Origin: Octopus sinensis
Lineage: Eukaryota
Assembly: GCF_006345805.1 (NCBI RefSeq)
Contig: NC_043009.1
Coordinates: 61,070,001-61,134,000, forward strand
Direction: 5' to 3'
DNA length: 64,000 nucleotides
Every line of letters starts with the position of its first letter. Position 1 is the first letter of the stretch. This document shows, in pieces, positions 52,839-64,000 of the stretch. A program made the translations under genes and the position numbers. A model generated the notes under the pieces. It was not told the origin of the DNA, searched no databases, and saw only the letters and a program-made list of their open reading frames with translations.

Positions 52839-55038
52839 TATTATTTCTTCACAGCAAATAAAGATGAAACCTCTCCATAAGTGTGTAATTTAACTGAGAG
52901 ATTAATTCTTAATTTGAAATTATCTCCCTTTTCTTTGAGAGTTGCTAACAATTACTGCTAAGTCTTGTTCTGTTTTTCTCTAATTAAGAAACAAATTTCA
53001 ATTCATTAAGAATTTTTTTTTTCATATAGCATTCTGTACATCACTCCATTCTTTATTTATTCAAATCTATTCCACTCACTCATTTGAATTATTTCTTTTA
53101 GCTCTGGACAACCGATTCCATAGTTTGTGTGTTCAGATTTTACTATTGTTGCTGAGCAAGGCATCCACCTAACTCTATTTGCTCCAGTTCACCTTGACTG
53201 AACACAAAGACAATTGCCACTCTCTACTGCACACTTCAGTGATTAGTGATCAAACGGAGAATAAGATATGGAAAGCATTAGTTTGTAAGTTAACAATGGA
53301 GACCTCTATAAAGAATAGATATTGCCACTTAGAATGGAATACATTGGTCTATGACAAATGTTGCCAACTTTTTACTATTATGACCCATTTTGGAAAATCC
53401 ACAATTCTCTGCGTAATCACTTTTTGAATATTTTTGATATCAAAAAATGCTGGTGTCACATAAAAAATGCCCATGCTGGTGCCACTTATAAAGCACTGGT
53501 GTTGGTACCTTGTAAAAAGCACCCAGTACATTCTATAAAGTGGGTGGTGTTAGGTTGGGCATCCAGCCATAGAAACTATGCCAAAGCAGACAGCCGGAAC
53601 CTGGTGTAGCTCTCTGGCTTGCCAGTGCCTGTCAAACCGTCCAACCTATACCAGCATGGAAAGCGGATGCTGAGTGATGATGATGGTGATGATTTGAATA
53701 ATAAAAACAGTTTACCAAAAATTTGATAAAATCGACATTGAGTCTTTTCTTGGAAATATTCCTGTATCATGCAAGCAATTGATATTATGTTGTGACCCTT
53801 GTGCCCTTGGCTTATTGTAGATCATATCCATGGACATTTTAAAATAAAAATAAATGCGCCCTTTTAAAGCCTAGCCAGGCTCATGGGCCTGGTTTCCCGG
53901 TTTCAATGGTGTATGTGTTCCCCAGCTGGATGGGACGCCAGTCCATCACAGTGTTACTTATTTTTGCCAGCTGAGTGGACTGGAGCAACGTGAAATGAAG
54001 TGTTTTGCTCAAGAACACAATGCGTTGCTTGGTCCAGGAATTGAAACCACAATCCTACAATCTTGGTGCTGACACCCTAACCACTAAGTCACACGCCTCC
54101 ACTATGGACATTTTACCACCACTCAAATATTTTAAAAGTAAAATAGTTTGTTTCTGAGGCCCTTTGGAATTATACTGTAGCCCCAGGTTGTGAAGCACCA
54201 GTTTATAAGGTAACATGCAAGGTCTGTCCAAAAAAACCCACCAAAGTGCTTGTAACTGCAGTGATGTGCATATGTGACCTTGACCTTTAAGTCTATTAAA
54301 AGCCATATTGTTTAACCTTGACTTTCAGTCAAATGATAACTACATCAGTTAATCACCAATTTTATATATGCTAGTGTGAACAGATGTTTAGTGCATTTGG
54401 TGATTTGTTGTAATAATGAAGGTTTGGAATAGTAACACGTGTGTGAAATTCTGTTTCATGTTGGGAAAAACTTTTACAGACCTATTTCTTTACTACCCAC
54501 AAGGGGCTAAACACAGAGGGGACAAACGGATTAAGTCGATTACATCGACCCCAGTGCGTAACTGGTACTTAATTTATCGACCCCGAAAGGATGAAAGACA
54601 AAGTCAACCTTGGCGGAATTTGAACTCAGAATGTAATAGCAGACGAAATACCATTAAGCATTTCGCCCGGTGTGCTAACGTTTCTGCCAGCTCGCTGACC
54701 TTTCTAATGTTATAACAGGTCTATATGGAAGATTGTTTGAGCTGTACACAATGCCATGAGTGGTACCTGTGGGACCATATATTACATTCACATTGGGAAG
54801 AACATCCACCAAAGATAATCCCAAATCTAGACCTTCCACAATCTATGACAGGCACAGACTGGGTGATGCATTTTGTTCTTGAGCAAAATACTTCATTTAG
54901 CATTGCTCCAATCCACTCAGCTAGGAAAAGTGAGTAATCTTGTGATAGACTGGCATCTCATCCAGGGGGCAATATATACACCACAGAAACTGAGAGCCTA
55001 ACCCTATGAGTTCATATGACTTTAGAAGGATCTTTATT

Positions 55039-55250
55039 ATATATATTAGTGTCCTGCAGGATAACAACATACGCCATCACTAACTATAGGTGGAATTGGG
55101 CTATTTGATAAAAACATATACCATTGCTAATTATAGGTAGGTACCATCCAACATGATAACAGCATACACTACCAATAACTATAAGAGGTACTAGCCTGAA
55201 GGATAACAACATTTACCATAGCTAATTATAAGACGCCTTGGGCTATTCCA
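55039..55250. repeat. Degenerate tandem repeat, about 47-48 bp, 4 copies
   Basis: Recurring GATAACAACAT...TAA(C/T)TATA(G/A)G. Confidence 0.7.
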
Positions 55251-55559
55251 GCACTGGGTTAACCATTAAGTAAAATAAGCATGTACTTAGGGAATCAAGG
55301 AAAAGAGGGCACCCTGGAAATGGTAAATGGTTTATGGCATGAAAGAAATCGCTTTAGACTTGCTAAAATAATATTCAAAGTAATAACATTGATTGGAAAT
55401 ATGATTTCAAAGTGTTCATTGTGTCTTAGTGGGGATCTGATAAAATATTTTGCAATTAAATAAAGTCAAAGAAAAGTATACAAAAATAAATATTATTTTC
55501 CATCTTATTGTTAGTGTTGTTTTGGTTCGAAAATTAAAAGTTTATCTCATGGTTTTGGC

Positions 55560-55932
55560 TTCCATGCCGGTGGCACTTAAAAGCACCATTTGAGCAAGAT
55601 CGTTACCAGTGTCACCTTACTGGCACGTGAAAAAACTTTCAAGTGAGGTCGTTACCAGTGCCGCTGGACTGGCTCCTGTGCAGGTGGCACATAAAATACA
55701 CCATTTGAGCATGGCCATTGCCAGTACTGCCTGACTAGCCTTCGTGCCAGTGGCACGTAAAAGCACCCACTACTCTCGGAGTGGTTGGCGTTAGGAAGGG
55801 CATCCAGCTGTAGAAACTCTGCCAGATCAGATTGGAGCCTGGTGCAGCCATCTGGTTCACCAGACCTCAGTCAAATCATTCAACCTATACTAGCATGGAA
55901 AGCGGATGTTAAACGATGATGATGATGATGAT
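55560..55932 (+). mobile_element. RTE-3'UTR-derived repeat ending in (GAT)n (other copies near 11625, 21505, 24265, 25385, 30215, 36600, 37295, 41205, 43378, 53450)
   Basis: Recurrent GGAGTGGTTGGCGTTAGGAAGGGCATCCAGCTGTAGAAAC...GTTAAACGATGATG. The same internal repeats adjoin the RTE ORF end at 35600-35860. Confidence 0.75.
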
Positions 55933-56168
55933 TATTGTTTATATTTTGAATCACATATATATGGGGTCACGAAAATCTTTTAAGTGTTTAAGACTCCTAT
56001 GGGTCTTAGTTTGGTTCTGCTCTATTCAAAATATCAGCCTGCAGGAAAGCTGGCCTATTAGGTAACAACAGATAATATTACAATAGCCACGTATTTATTG
56101 GTTTTAAAGTAGAGTTCCTTCTGTTTCTGTGTTTGGCTTTGTGTGCATTTATAAGGTTTCTGTTTCAG

Positions 56169-56284
56169 GATGATGGTGGGCCGCTCAATCTCACTGACGA
56201 CGACCCAGATACTTACTGGGAGAGTGAGGGCAGTCAGAACCAACACTGGATCAAGTTACACATGAAGAAAGGAACTGTGATTAA
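56169..56284 (+). CDS. HECTD3: HECTD3 coding exon 4 (DOC/APC10 domain core)
   Basis: TTTCAG acceptor. Translates [38 protein letters not shown], containing the DOC-domain LTD..DTYWES.GSQ..HW signature. Donor AA|GTAAGT, phase 0 to 2. Not in the supplied ORF track. Confidence 0.95.
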
Positions 56285-56353
56285 GTAAGTGATGTTTTTC
56301 ATTTTCTTTCATATGAATTTTCAAAAAAAATTTTTGTCACAGTTTATGTCATT

Positions 56354-56431
<78 letters not shown>

Positions 56432-58169
56432 CAGTTGTGTATCTGTCACAGTCTGTGTAGTTGCATTTATGTCGAATCACTATTCCATGCAGCCTGGAAG
56501 CTAAATCAGAGAGTGGGTCCTGTGGCAAAGCAGTATGAGATGATTGAGGCTCTCTGGTCTGAGGTTGACTACTGGGGTTCAGCACAGCTACCCTTATCAA
56601 GTTAATAAACCACTGTATTTATATAGTCTCTAAGTCAATAAGATTTAATATGTATACACGCGCACACACACATACATAATGGAGTGGAATCACATCAGTG
56701 AGCAGGTCTCAGATGGTGAAAATAAAATTTTGACACTGAATAATAAAAGTTTGAATTAAGTTTTTTTGTGTTTTTGAATATGTCCTCTTTAATCTGACTG
56801 TAAATTATGGCATGCAAACATATGGATCTGGTCGGTTTAAACATATACCAGGTAGGATATTTAGGCTGGATCTTGATGGTTTAAATCCTAAAAGGTTAAA
56901 CTAGGACTAATGGATTCATGCTAGAGTCAACAAGTTTCAACTAGAAACTCAAAAACTCGATGCAAAACTGTTATGGTTGATGGATGAAAAAACTAGGACT
57001 AGAAATTTAATGTGAATTCCATTAAGGAATCTGTTAGTGTGTGTGTGCAATTCTTTTCGAAGTTGGTTTGTTTGAGAATATGGGTTTTCTAAATATAAAA
57101 GTTTAAAGAGATTTTAATATTGGTTTCAAATTTTGTCGTAAGGCCAGCAATTTCACAGGAGGAGGCAAGTTGATTACATTGACCTCAGTACTCAACTGGT
57201 ACTCAGGCTGCGAGCTGGCAGAAACGTTAGTGTGCTGGGCAAAATGCTTAGTGGTATTTTGTCTGCTGTTACGTTCTGAGTTCAAATTCCGCCGAGGTCG
57301 ACTTTGCCTTTCATCCTTTCGGGGTCGATAAATTAAGTACCAGTTATGCACTGGGATCGATGTAATCGACTTAATCCCTTTGTCTGTCCTTGTTTGTCCC
57401 CTCCATGTTTAGCCCCTTGTGGGCAGTAAAGAAATAGGTACTTATTTTATTGACCCTGAAAGAATGAAAGGCAAAGTTGACCTCAGTGGAATTTGAACTC
57501 AGAACATAAAGACAGACAAAATGCTGCTAAGCATTTCGCCTAGCATGCTAGCGGTTCTGGCAGCTTGTTGCCTTAAATAGATTTTAATCCTAAAATTGCA
57601 GTGAAGTGGGAGGGAGAGTATAAGTGGTAGGAAAATTGAGGTTGTCTCTGCGAAAGTTCAAGTGCATATTATAATCGAATCCACGGGAAAAGGAAATTTA
57701 TAATTAGACATTGAGAGAAAATAAAGAAAAGGCATTTGATTGTAGATGGAAAGAATTGGGGCGAGGAAGCAAATCCATGGCATTAAGTAAGAGAAGACGT
57801 AGAAATCTTTTTAACCCACATTGTTGCATTAAAACCCTTTTGGTACCAAATCTCCCTGAGACTGCCCTGGTTCTGTGAGGCAATCTTTTTGCTTTAAAAT
57901 GTTCCCAATTAAAATCTTTCACTAGATTAATAATTCTTTTTACTTTAGGCACAAGGCCTGAAATTTTAGGGATGTGCTAGTATTGAATCGGTACTTATTT
58001 TATCAACTCCAAAAGGCTGAAAGGCAAAGTCGACCTCAGCAGAATTTGAACTCAGAATGTAAAGATAAATGAAATGCCACCAGTTTATTAACGACAAAAT
58101 TATTTTAGTATATTTTACTAAATTCTTCATTTGTTTCAAAATTCAGTGAAACAAATGCAGTATATTTCA

Positions 58170-58342
58170 TTTTTGGATTTGGTTTGCAAGATTCTTTATT
58201 TGAGTTTGTGTGTTGAAGCATATTCTGTTGTGTCTGGGGAGAGTCATTTTCTTTTTGTGCCTTATTATGTAACACATTTTACCGGTGAGTGTGTTACATT
58301 ATAAGGCACAAAAAGAAAATTACTCTCCCCAGACACAACAGA
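58170..58342. mobile_element. Shorter copy of the 32344-32653 family, nested in a TTAA MITE
   Basis: Same tail (TTTTGGATTTGGTTTGCAAGATTC) and about 50-bp inverted arms. TSD AAATGCAGT(T)ATATTTCA at 58153 and 58343. Confidence 0.7.
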
Positions 58343-59073
58343 AAATGCAGTTATATTTCAGCAGTTATATGGTAGCAAAAGGGTTAAACCAATTTTGTAC
58401 CGTTATAGCAGCCATTTTATAGCCTTTCACACTCCTACCTAAAATGATGTCCCCCTCCCCACCTATACTACTAACTAATCTTCTCACCCCGATTCTTTGT
58501 GTTAACAATCAAACTTCTCTCTTTTATTTCTTTTACATATTTTTAAAATTTCAGTTTCTAATTATAAATGTCTAATTTAAAATCTACTCTTTTGAGTTTT
58601 CTTTCATACTTTTTGTTTATTTATAATTAAATTATCCTTGAACTTACACAGCGATACTCCAGTTTTTCTACAACTGAAATCCTTCACCTCTACCCCCCCC
58701 CCACCTATTTATTCCAATTTAATATAAAATCTCCTTTTGTCTCCTACATGTAGAAAACCCATCCCAACCCAGTCTTTGTTTTAAATTCCATTAATTGAAA
58801 TGGTACCTCATTTATTTGAAAAACTTGTGTCAAGCGAACCACATGGCAGTCTCTAACAAATCACATTCATTTAAATTTAAAATGAAATAATTATAATAAT
58901 AATAATAGTAATAATAATAATGAGTACTACTAGGCTCTGTGCACATCTTACATAAAGCACTTTCAATACAGTAAAAATAAGAGCACCACAACAACCTACA
59001 TTACATACCCTAGGTAAACATAGGTATGCTCGCCAGTGTAGTGAAAACACATGATAAAAATAAGACTACTGAC

Positions 59074-59363
59074 TAATGATGATAATAATGATAATAATAA
59101 TGATAATAATAATAATGATGATAACAATGATGATGATAATGATGATGATGATAATAATAATAATGATAATAATGATGATAATGATGATGATAATGATGAT
59201 GATAATAATGATAATAATGATGATGATAATAATGATTATGATAATAATAATAATAGTGATAATGATAATAATAAAAATAGTGATAATAATAATGATAATA
59301 ATGATAATAGTGATAATAATGATAATAGTAATAATAATGATAAGAATAATGATAAGAATAATG

Positions 59364-59398
<35 letters not shown>
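59074..59398. repeat. (AAT/GAT)n microsatellite
   Basis: Seen directly. Confidence 0.97.
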
Positions 59399-59399
<1 letters not shown>

Positions 59400-60079
59400 G
59401 TATTTAACTTTTAAGCATTCAGATTTCTCTGTCAAATGTAATGGTTATTTATTCCCATTTCAAAATATTAATCATGTATTATCTTGTAGCTTTGCGGTTT
59501 CAAAGATGTGATTGTATATTTTAAATGATGACATTGTAGGGTCGGTATGAGAGACCAGATCTTGCTGGTTTGAACATAAAACATGTAGACTATTTGGGCC
59601 GGATATGACTGGTTTAAATGCTTGAATGGTTAACCACATCTCGGGTCCTTTAACTGTAAATAGCTTCCAGTTTATATATCTATCCTTTTCAAATAATGTA
59701 TGCATAAGCCAATGAACTGCTGCAACTCCAACCACCACCACCACTACGGTCACTACTACTACGACCAACAGTCACTGCTGCTACTGCTATTTTGGCCACT
59801 GGTCATTTCCCCAACTTTAGTCAACACACAAGACAGCTATTATGCTCTCCACAACAAAAAAAAAACCACCACGTGGATTCTGTTGAGACTAGTAAGAAAC
59901 AATTATGAACTTTTTTATTACACTTAACTTTTAAAAATATTTTTGATAAGGTTCGTTTTTTTCAAGAAGAATCGAAACATGTAAAATTTCTAAGAAAATT
60001 AAAATTTATATTATATAGTGGCATTTTCAAACTTCTTTTTTATAAATATATATGTATTTTTTAAAATTTTATTTTTCAG

Positions 60080-60193
60080 AGAATTATCATTAACCCTGTC
60101 TGGTGCTGACAACATCTACCTCCCATCAAAAGTGATAGTGTGTGGAGGGGATGAATTTAATATGAAAGATTTAAATGTAGTTACTTTAGAAAG
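60080..60193 (+). CDS. HECTD3: HECTD3 coding exon 5 (DOC domain)
   Basis: TTTTTCAG acceptor. Translates (K)ELSLTLSGADNIYLPSKVIVCGGDEFNMKDLNVVTLE, with the DOC D..Y.P..V.V.GG motif. Donor AG|GTGAGT, phase 2 to 2. Confidence 0.92.
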
Positions 60194-60401
60194 GTGAGTT
60201 TCCCCCCTGCCACCTGCCACATTCGGCTTCTTGCTCTTTCTTCTATTCATTTCATTAATGGATTTGTATTATTTACTGATGTTTTGCTTGTAACCCTTTG
60301 ATTACTTGTAGTACGTGTGTGTGTTTCTTCCCATATATGTGTGTGTGTGTGTATAGATGTATATTTCACTTACGATTAAATAAGTTGGTCTTCATATTTG
60401 A

Positions 60402-60482
60402 AGCTCTGATGAAACTGTGAAGTGTTACTCAGGCACTTAATTATGAGAACACCGCATCTTATAGTGGAAACAGCTGTAAGCT
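60402..60482 (+). ncRNA. Type-I hammerhead ribozyme fold with long stem II
   Basis: AGCT-CTGATGA(60406-12)-long stem II (ACTGTGA/TTATAGT, GTGTT/AACAC, CTCA/TGAG)-GAAA(60467-70)-CAGCTG-TA-AGCT. Stem III region ACAGCTGT is palindromic; cleavage triplet GUA. Confidence 0.72.
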
Positions 60483-60563
60483 AATGAACTTCAGGAGATA
60501 ATCATTTATTCCTTTGTCATCTTGTTTCTTACACACACACACACACACATATCTGTGCATGTG

Positions 60564-60617
<54 letters not shown>

Positions 60618-60676
60618 TATATAATGTAAATGTTGAACTATGGGAATGAGTGTTCAACACTGTATTGGTAGATAAA

Positions 60677-60890
60677 ATTTCTTTATTTGTGTATCAAGGC
60701 TTCCATTGGTTTCATGTTAAGAAAGATATGTTAATATGTTAACAATTTTTCAAGCCAATCACATACTGTAATGGTGTTCCAAAATGGAGACGAATGCCAT
60801 TCCTCCATGTGATTGGCTTGAAAAATTAAGATATTAAGATATTTTTCTTAATATGAAACCATGGTAGCCTTAATACACAAATAAAGAAAT
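60677..60890. repeat. Imperfect palindrome, about 90-bp arms
   Basis: ATTTCTTTATTTGTGTAT...TTTTCAAGCCAATCACAT paired with ATGTGATTGGCTTGAAAA...ATACACAAATAAAGAAAT. Confidence 0.9.
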
Positions 60891-61415
60891 AGATATATTT
60901 GATGTCATAAGGATTAAGCAGCCTTCTGCTTTTTCTATTCGAAGGGCTTTTATCCCAATATTTACATATTGTGTCATGTCAAAAATGTTATGCTGTTACA
61001 CAAACATGACCTAAAAAGAATTTGCTCTACCAGACCTGAATGAAGTTGGCCTCTTACCCTTGCCTGTGAAAAAGGCTATCACTGTCAACATTCCCACTAC
61101 CACCACCACCACCACCACTACCAACAACAACAACAGCAATAACAAACCATCACCATTACTATTTTCATTACCACCATCTCTACAATCACTTCCACCACCA
61201 CTTTTCCATTCTACAAGTACCTTCTTTATAAAAATACATTTATGTTTTTTTCAAAACATACTTATGTTATTGTTGTTGTGAAGCCACTGTGTGATGTGTG
61301 TTTGTTGTTGTATCATAAAAGACCTGTTTATTGTTGTGTGATGTTGTGCTGTTACACACACACACACACATGTTTATATATTTGTTATTTATTGTTTATC
61401 GTTGTTCCTTTACAG

Positions 61416-61498
61416 ACCCGTCAACAATATAAAGGACATCTGTATTTTGGAAGGAATGAGGCAGCACTACCCAATTATTATGATTAAACTAAAACAAG
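61416..61498 (+). CDS. HECTD3: HECTD3 coding exon 6
   Basis: CCTTTACAG acceptor. Translates (R)PVNNIKDICILEGMRQHYPIIMIKLKQ, similar to DVCVLEDMTVHLPIIEIRI. Donor G|GTAAAT, phase 2 to 1. Confidence 0.9.
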
Positions 61499-62290
61499 GT
61501 AAATGACACACACACCTCACACATTACTGAATATTGCTAGAACCAGAAGAACACCGATGTAGTATGTCTATTCACATTTATCACAGGTGTTTGGTTCCAA
61601 GGAAACACTGTGTCAAATGAATCAAAGATTTTTGAATAATAGAAAATATGAAGAAAGTATTTAAATAGAAATTCTTGTGTTTCTACATTTTCTTTTTTAT
61701 GTCCTCCTGTATAGGTTGACTTTACAACCTGCACCAGTAAAGTTCAAAGGTCACTCTTGAAGTTTCTTATTGTTTTGAAAATATTTAAAATAATTTTCCA
61801 CTGTGCCTGAGAGAGCAGTTATAATAAATTTGAATGAACAGGTCTTTTTCTACATATTATGATATATATAAAAAATATAGAGTATCTTTCTTGCACACTG
61901 GATTTTTTAATGGGATTTCATAACTCATAATAATGGTGCACATTATACACACAAGTATGCATTATATAAGAATAAATACAGTAAGTCATTGGCTTCAGCG
62001 ACTCTTAAGGTGTGGTAAGATGAGCTGGAACTTAACTTGATACTATAATTTTAAGATAGATAAGGAGTTGTGTGTGTATATATATATATATTACGGAAAT
62101 GTACTTGCATAGCAAGTGACCTGATTTGAGATCATGTGCTGGAATGAAAACAATTGCAGTGTGGAAGGTGTTTATAAGCCATTTAAGAAACACACAAAAA
62201 CTGTTAGATTTACTTCAACATTTAAATTTAATTTGCCAAAATATTTTCGTTGCTTTGAGACTGCGACCTGTTCACTGACAAAATTCCATG

Positions 62291-62333
<43 letters not shown>

Positions 62334-62353
62334 CACACACACACATACACACA

Positions 62354-63183
62354 CAGGGTGTGATAAATAGATTATCATCTAATTTCTGCAAAAATGAAAA
62401 TAACACTGACATTTCACTTTAACAGATATATTTACCAAAATTACATAAAAATATCTTGAAATACTAAAGAGTAAATTTATTCAATAAAATTGCCATTGGC
62501 TTCAACCACAGCCTCCAGACAACTTCAGAATCTCCTGCAACTCTTCTGGACGGTCTCTTTGTTTAAGTTGGTGAATGCTGCCATAATCCTTGCCTTCAGT
62601 TCATCTTTGGTGTTACAAGGAGTTTTGTTGGTCTCTTGCTCAACTGTGCCCCCACACATAATAACGAAGGGGGTTGCAGTTTGGGGAGTTAGGTAGCCAG
62701 ATGTTAAGGGTGATGAGGTTGCAGAAATTATCTGACAGCCATGACTGGGTTCTCTTGCTTGTGTGGCATAGTGCAGAGTCCTGTTGCCAGACATAGGGTC
62801 TTCCCACAGCCACCCTCTTGACCCAGGGTAGCACTACCTCCTCCAGGCACTCTGTGTTGAGTGTGAGGCCGTGTGGGAAGATAAATGGAGGCATAACGTT
62901 GCCATCACTAGTGATCACTCCAAACACCATGATGTTGACTGGATGTTTGATTTTTATTACTCTCGGTACATGTTCATACTGGAGCTTCTGGCATGAATGC
63001 CAAGCAGTACAGCATGTCAATTCCAAATTTCTGGCAGAGTGAATTGCATCATGGTGCTGTTTTTCTCGCAGACAGTGCCCAACTGACCCTACTATACTGT
63101 GTAGTCAACAAAATCAAAAACAAACAATACACATGTGCAAAATTAAAAATATAAAATAGCAACAATTTACCCATTGCATCCTG
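62354..63183 (-). mobile_element. Second copy of the same deleted Tc1/mariner family
   Basis: CAGGGTG...CCTG|TA ends. Same KHPVNIMVFGVITSDG and WQQDSA motifs, frameshifted. Confidence 0.9.
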
Positions 63184-63269
63184 TATGTGTGTGTGTGTGT
63201 GTATGTAGATAAGCTAGAGTTGTGTGTCTTTTCTAAGGGTCAACCTTTTAGCTAAACATATTGATAGAT

Positions 63270-63565
63270 TATTTACATTCGATGGATATTTGTCCTCATC
63301 TTGTTTGTTGTTAACATGTTTCGGCTGATATACCTTCCAGCCTTCTTCAGGTGTCTTGGGGAAATTTCGAACCTGGGTTCTCATTCCTAAGGTATTTTTC
63401 GAGAAGCCAGGTTTGAAATTTTCCCAAAACACCTGAAGAAGGCTGGAGGGTATATCAGCCGAAACGTTGTGTTAACAACAAACAAGAGGAGGACAAATAT
63501 CCGTCAAATGTAAACAATGTAAATAATGTACATAATTCCTCATCTCTTAAATATAGAACTGTATT
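63270..63565. mobile_element. PLE-derived inverted-repeat mini-element carrying a hammerhead on each arm
   Basis: About 100-bp inverted arms, an unpaired 3' tail of about 45 nt, and a flanking 12-bp direct repeat ATATTGA(T/C)AGAT at 63258-63269 and 63566-63577. Confidence 0.75.
63428..63473 (+). ncRNA. Minimal type-I hammerhead ribozyme fold
   Basis: AACAC-CTGAAGA-A-GGCTG-(10 nt)-CAGCC-GAAA-CG-TT-GTGTT. Stem I AACAC/GTGTT; palindromic ACGT stem III; triplet GUU. Confidence 0.75.
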
Positions 63566-63803
63566 ATATTGACAGATGTTTTTAAGAAATAGTCAACCGT
63601 AGAAAAGACATGATTTTTCTGTCATTTAATGAAAGTTTTCCTCTCAAAACCAGATTTGTCTTGTTTGAGTAAGAAAGGGTTAAGAGACTCAAACCTCAAC
63701 TGGGAACATAGAAAACCATGATGACTAATATATGTGCGTACTTTATTGAGTAATAAATTTAGTTCTTATCTACTAATTTCTTGATTGTTTCTCTCTCTTT
63801 CAG

Positions 63804-63969
63804 TTGATGGCTTAGATGTACGGGTGAGAGGCCTTAAGATCCAGTCTTCTAAAGAACGCACTCTTGGATTCGATCGAGATTTCTTCTGCGAGAGGAAGCT
63901 TTTCCGTTATCCTCGTCTTGAGGCTTATACCCCCGATGAGTTGTACTACAGATCTATAGCTTTGCAAAG
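63804..63969 (+). CDS. HECTD3: HECTD3 coding exon 7; gene continues beyond the window
   Basis: TTTCAG acceptor. Translates (V)DGLDVRVRGLKIQSSKERTLG...RYPRLEAYTPDELYYRSIALQR, matching DGIDVRLRGVKIKSS...RYPRLEG..PEVLYRRA.LLQR. Donor AG|GTAAGC, phase 1 to 2. Confidence 0.95.
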
Positions 63970-64000
63970 GTAAGCCTTTATTAACCCAGCCTATCTTGTT

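Overview
AT-rich, repeat-dense eukaryotic genomic DNA. The SINE/LINE repertoire and microsatellite load point to a coleoid cephalopod, most likely Octopus (inference). There is one protein-coding gene, on the + strand: the 5' part of a HECTD3 orthologue (DOC/APC10-domain HECT E3 ligase). I reconstructed seven coding exons by hand (9221-9526, 42643-42803, 50212-50443, 56169-56284, 60080-60193, 61416-61498, 63804-63969); all are GT-AG, phase-compatible and free of stops. The gene runs off the window before the HECT domain. Intron 1 is about 33 kb. The rest is microsatellites, tRNA-derived SINEs, RTE and CR1-like LINE fragments, Tc1/mariner and piggyBac relics, TTAA and hAT MITEs, a Helitron end, a probable solo LTR, a decayed Penelope-like element (PLE) and local duplications. 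The most interesting signal is a set of short non-coding insertions carrying minimal type-I hammerhead ribozyme folds. Two have intact cores on the pre-mRNA sense strand (60402-60482, 63428-63473) and several are decayed or have variant cores. Some sit in an inverted-arm plus unpaired-tail cassette bounded by 11-17 bp target-site duplications, which suggests PLE-mobilised, retrozyme-like mini-elements. All coordinates were read by eye and no searches were run; ribozyme activity is untested.
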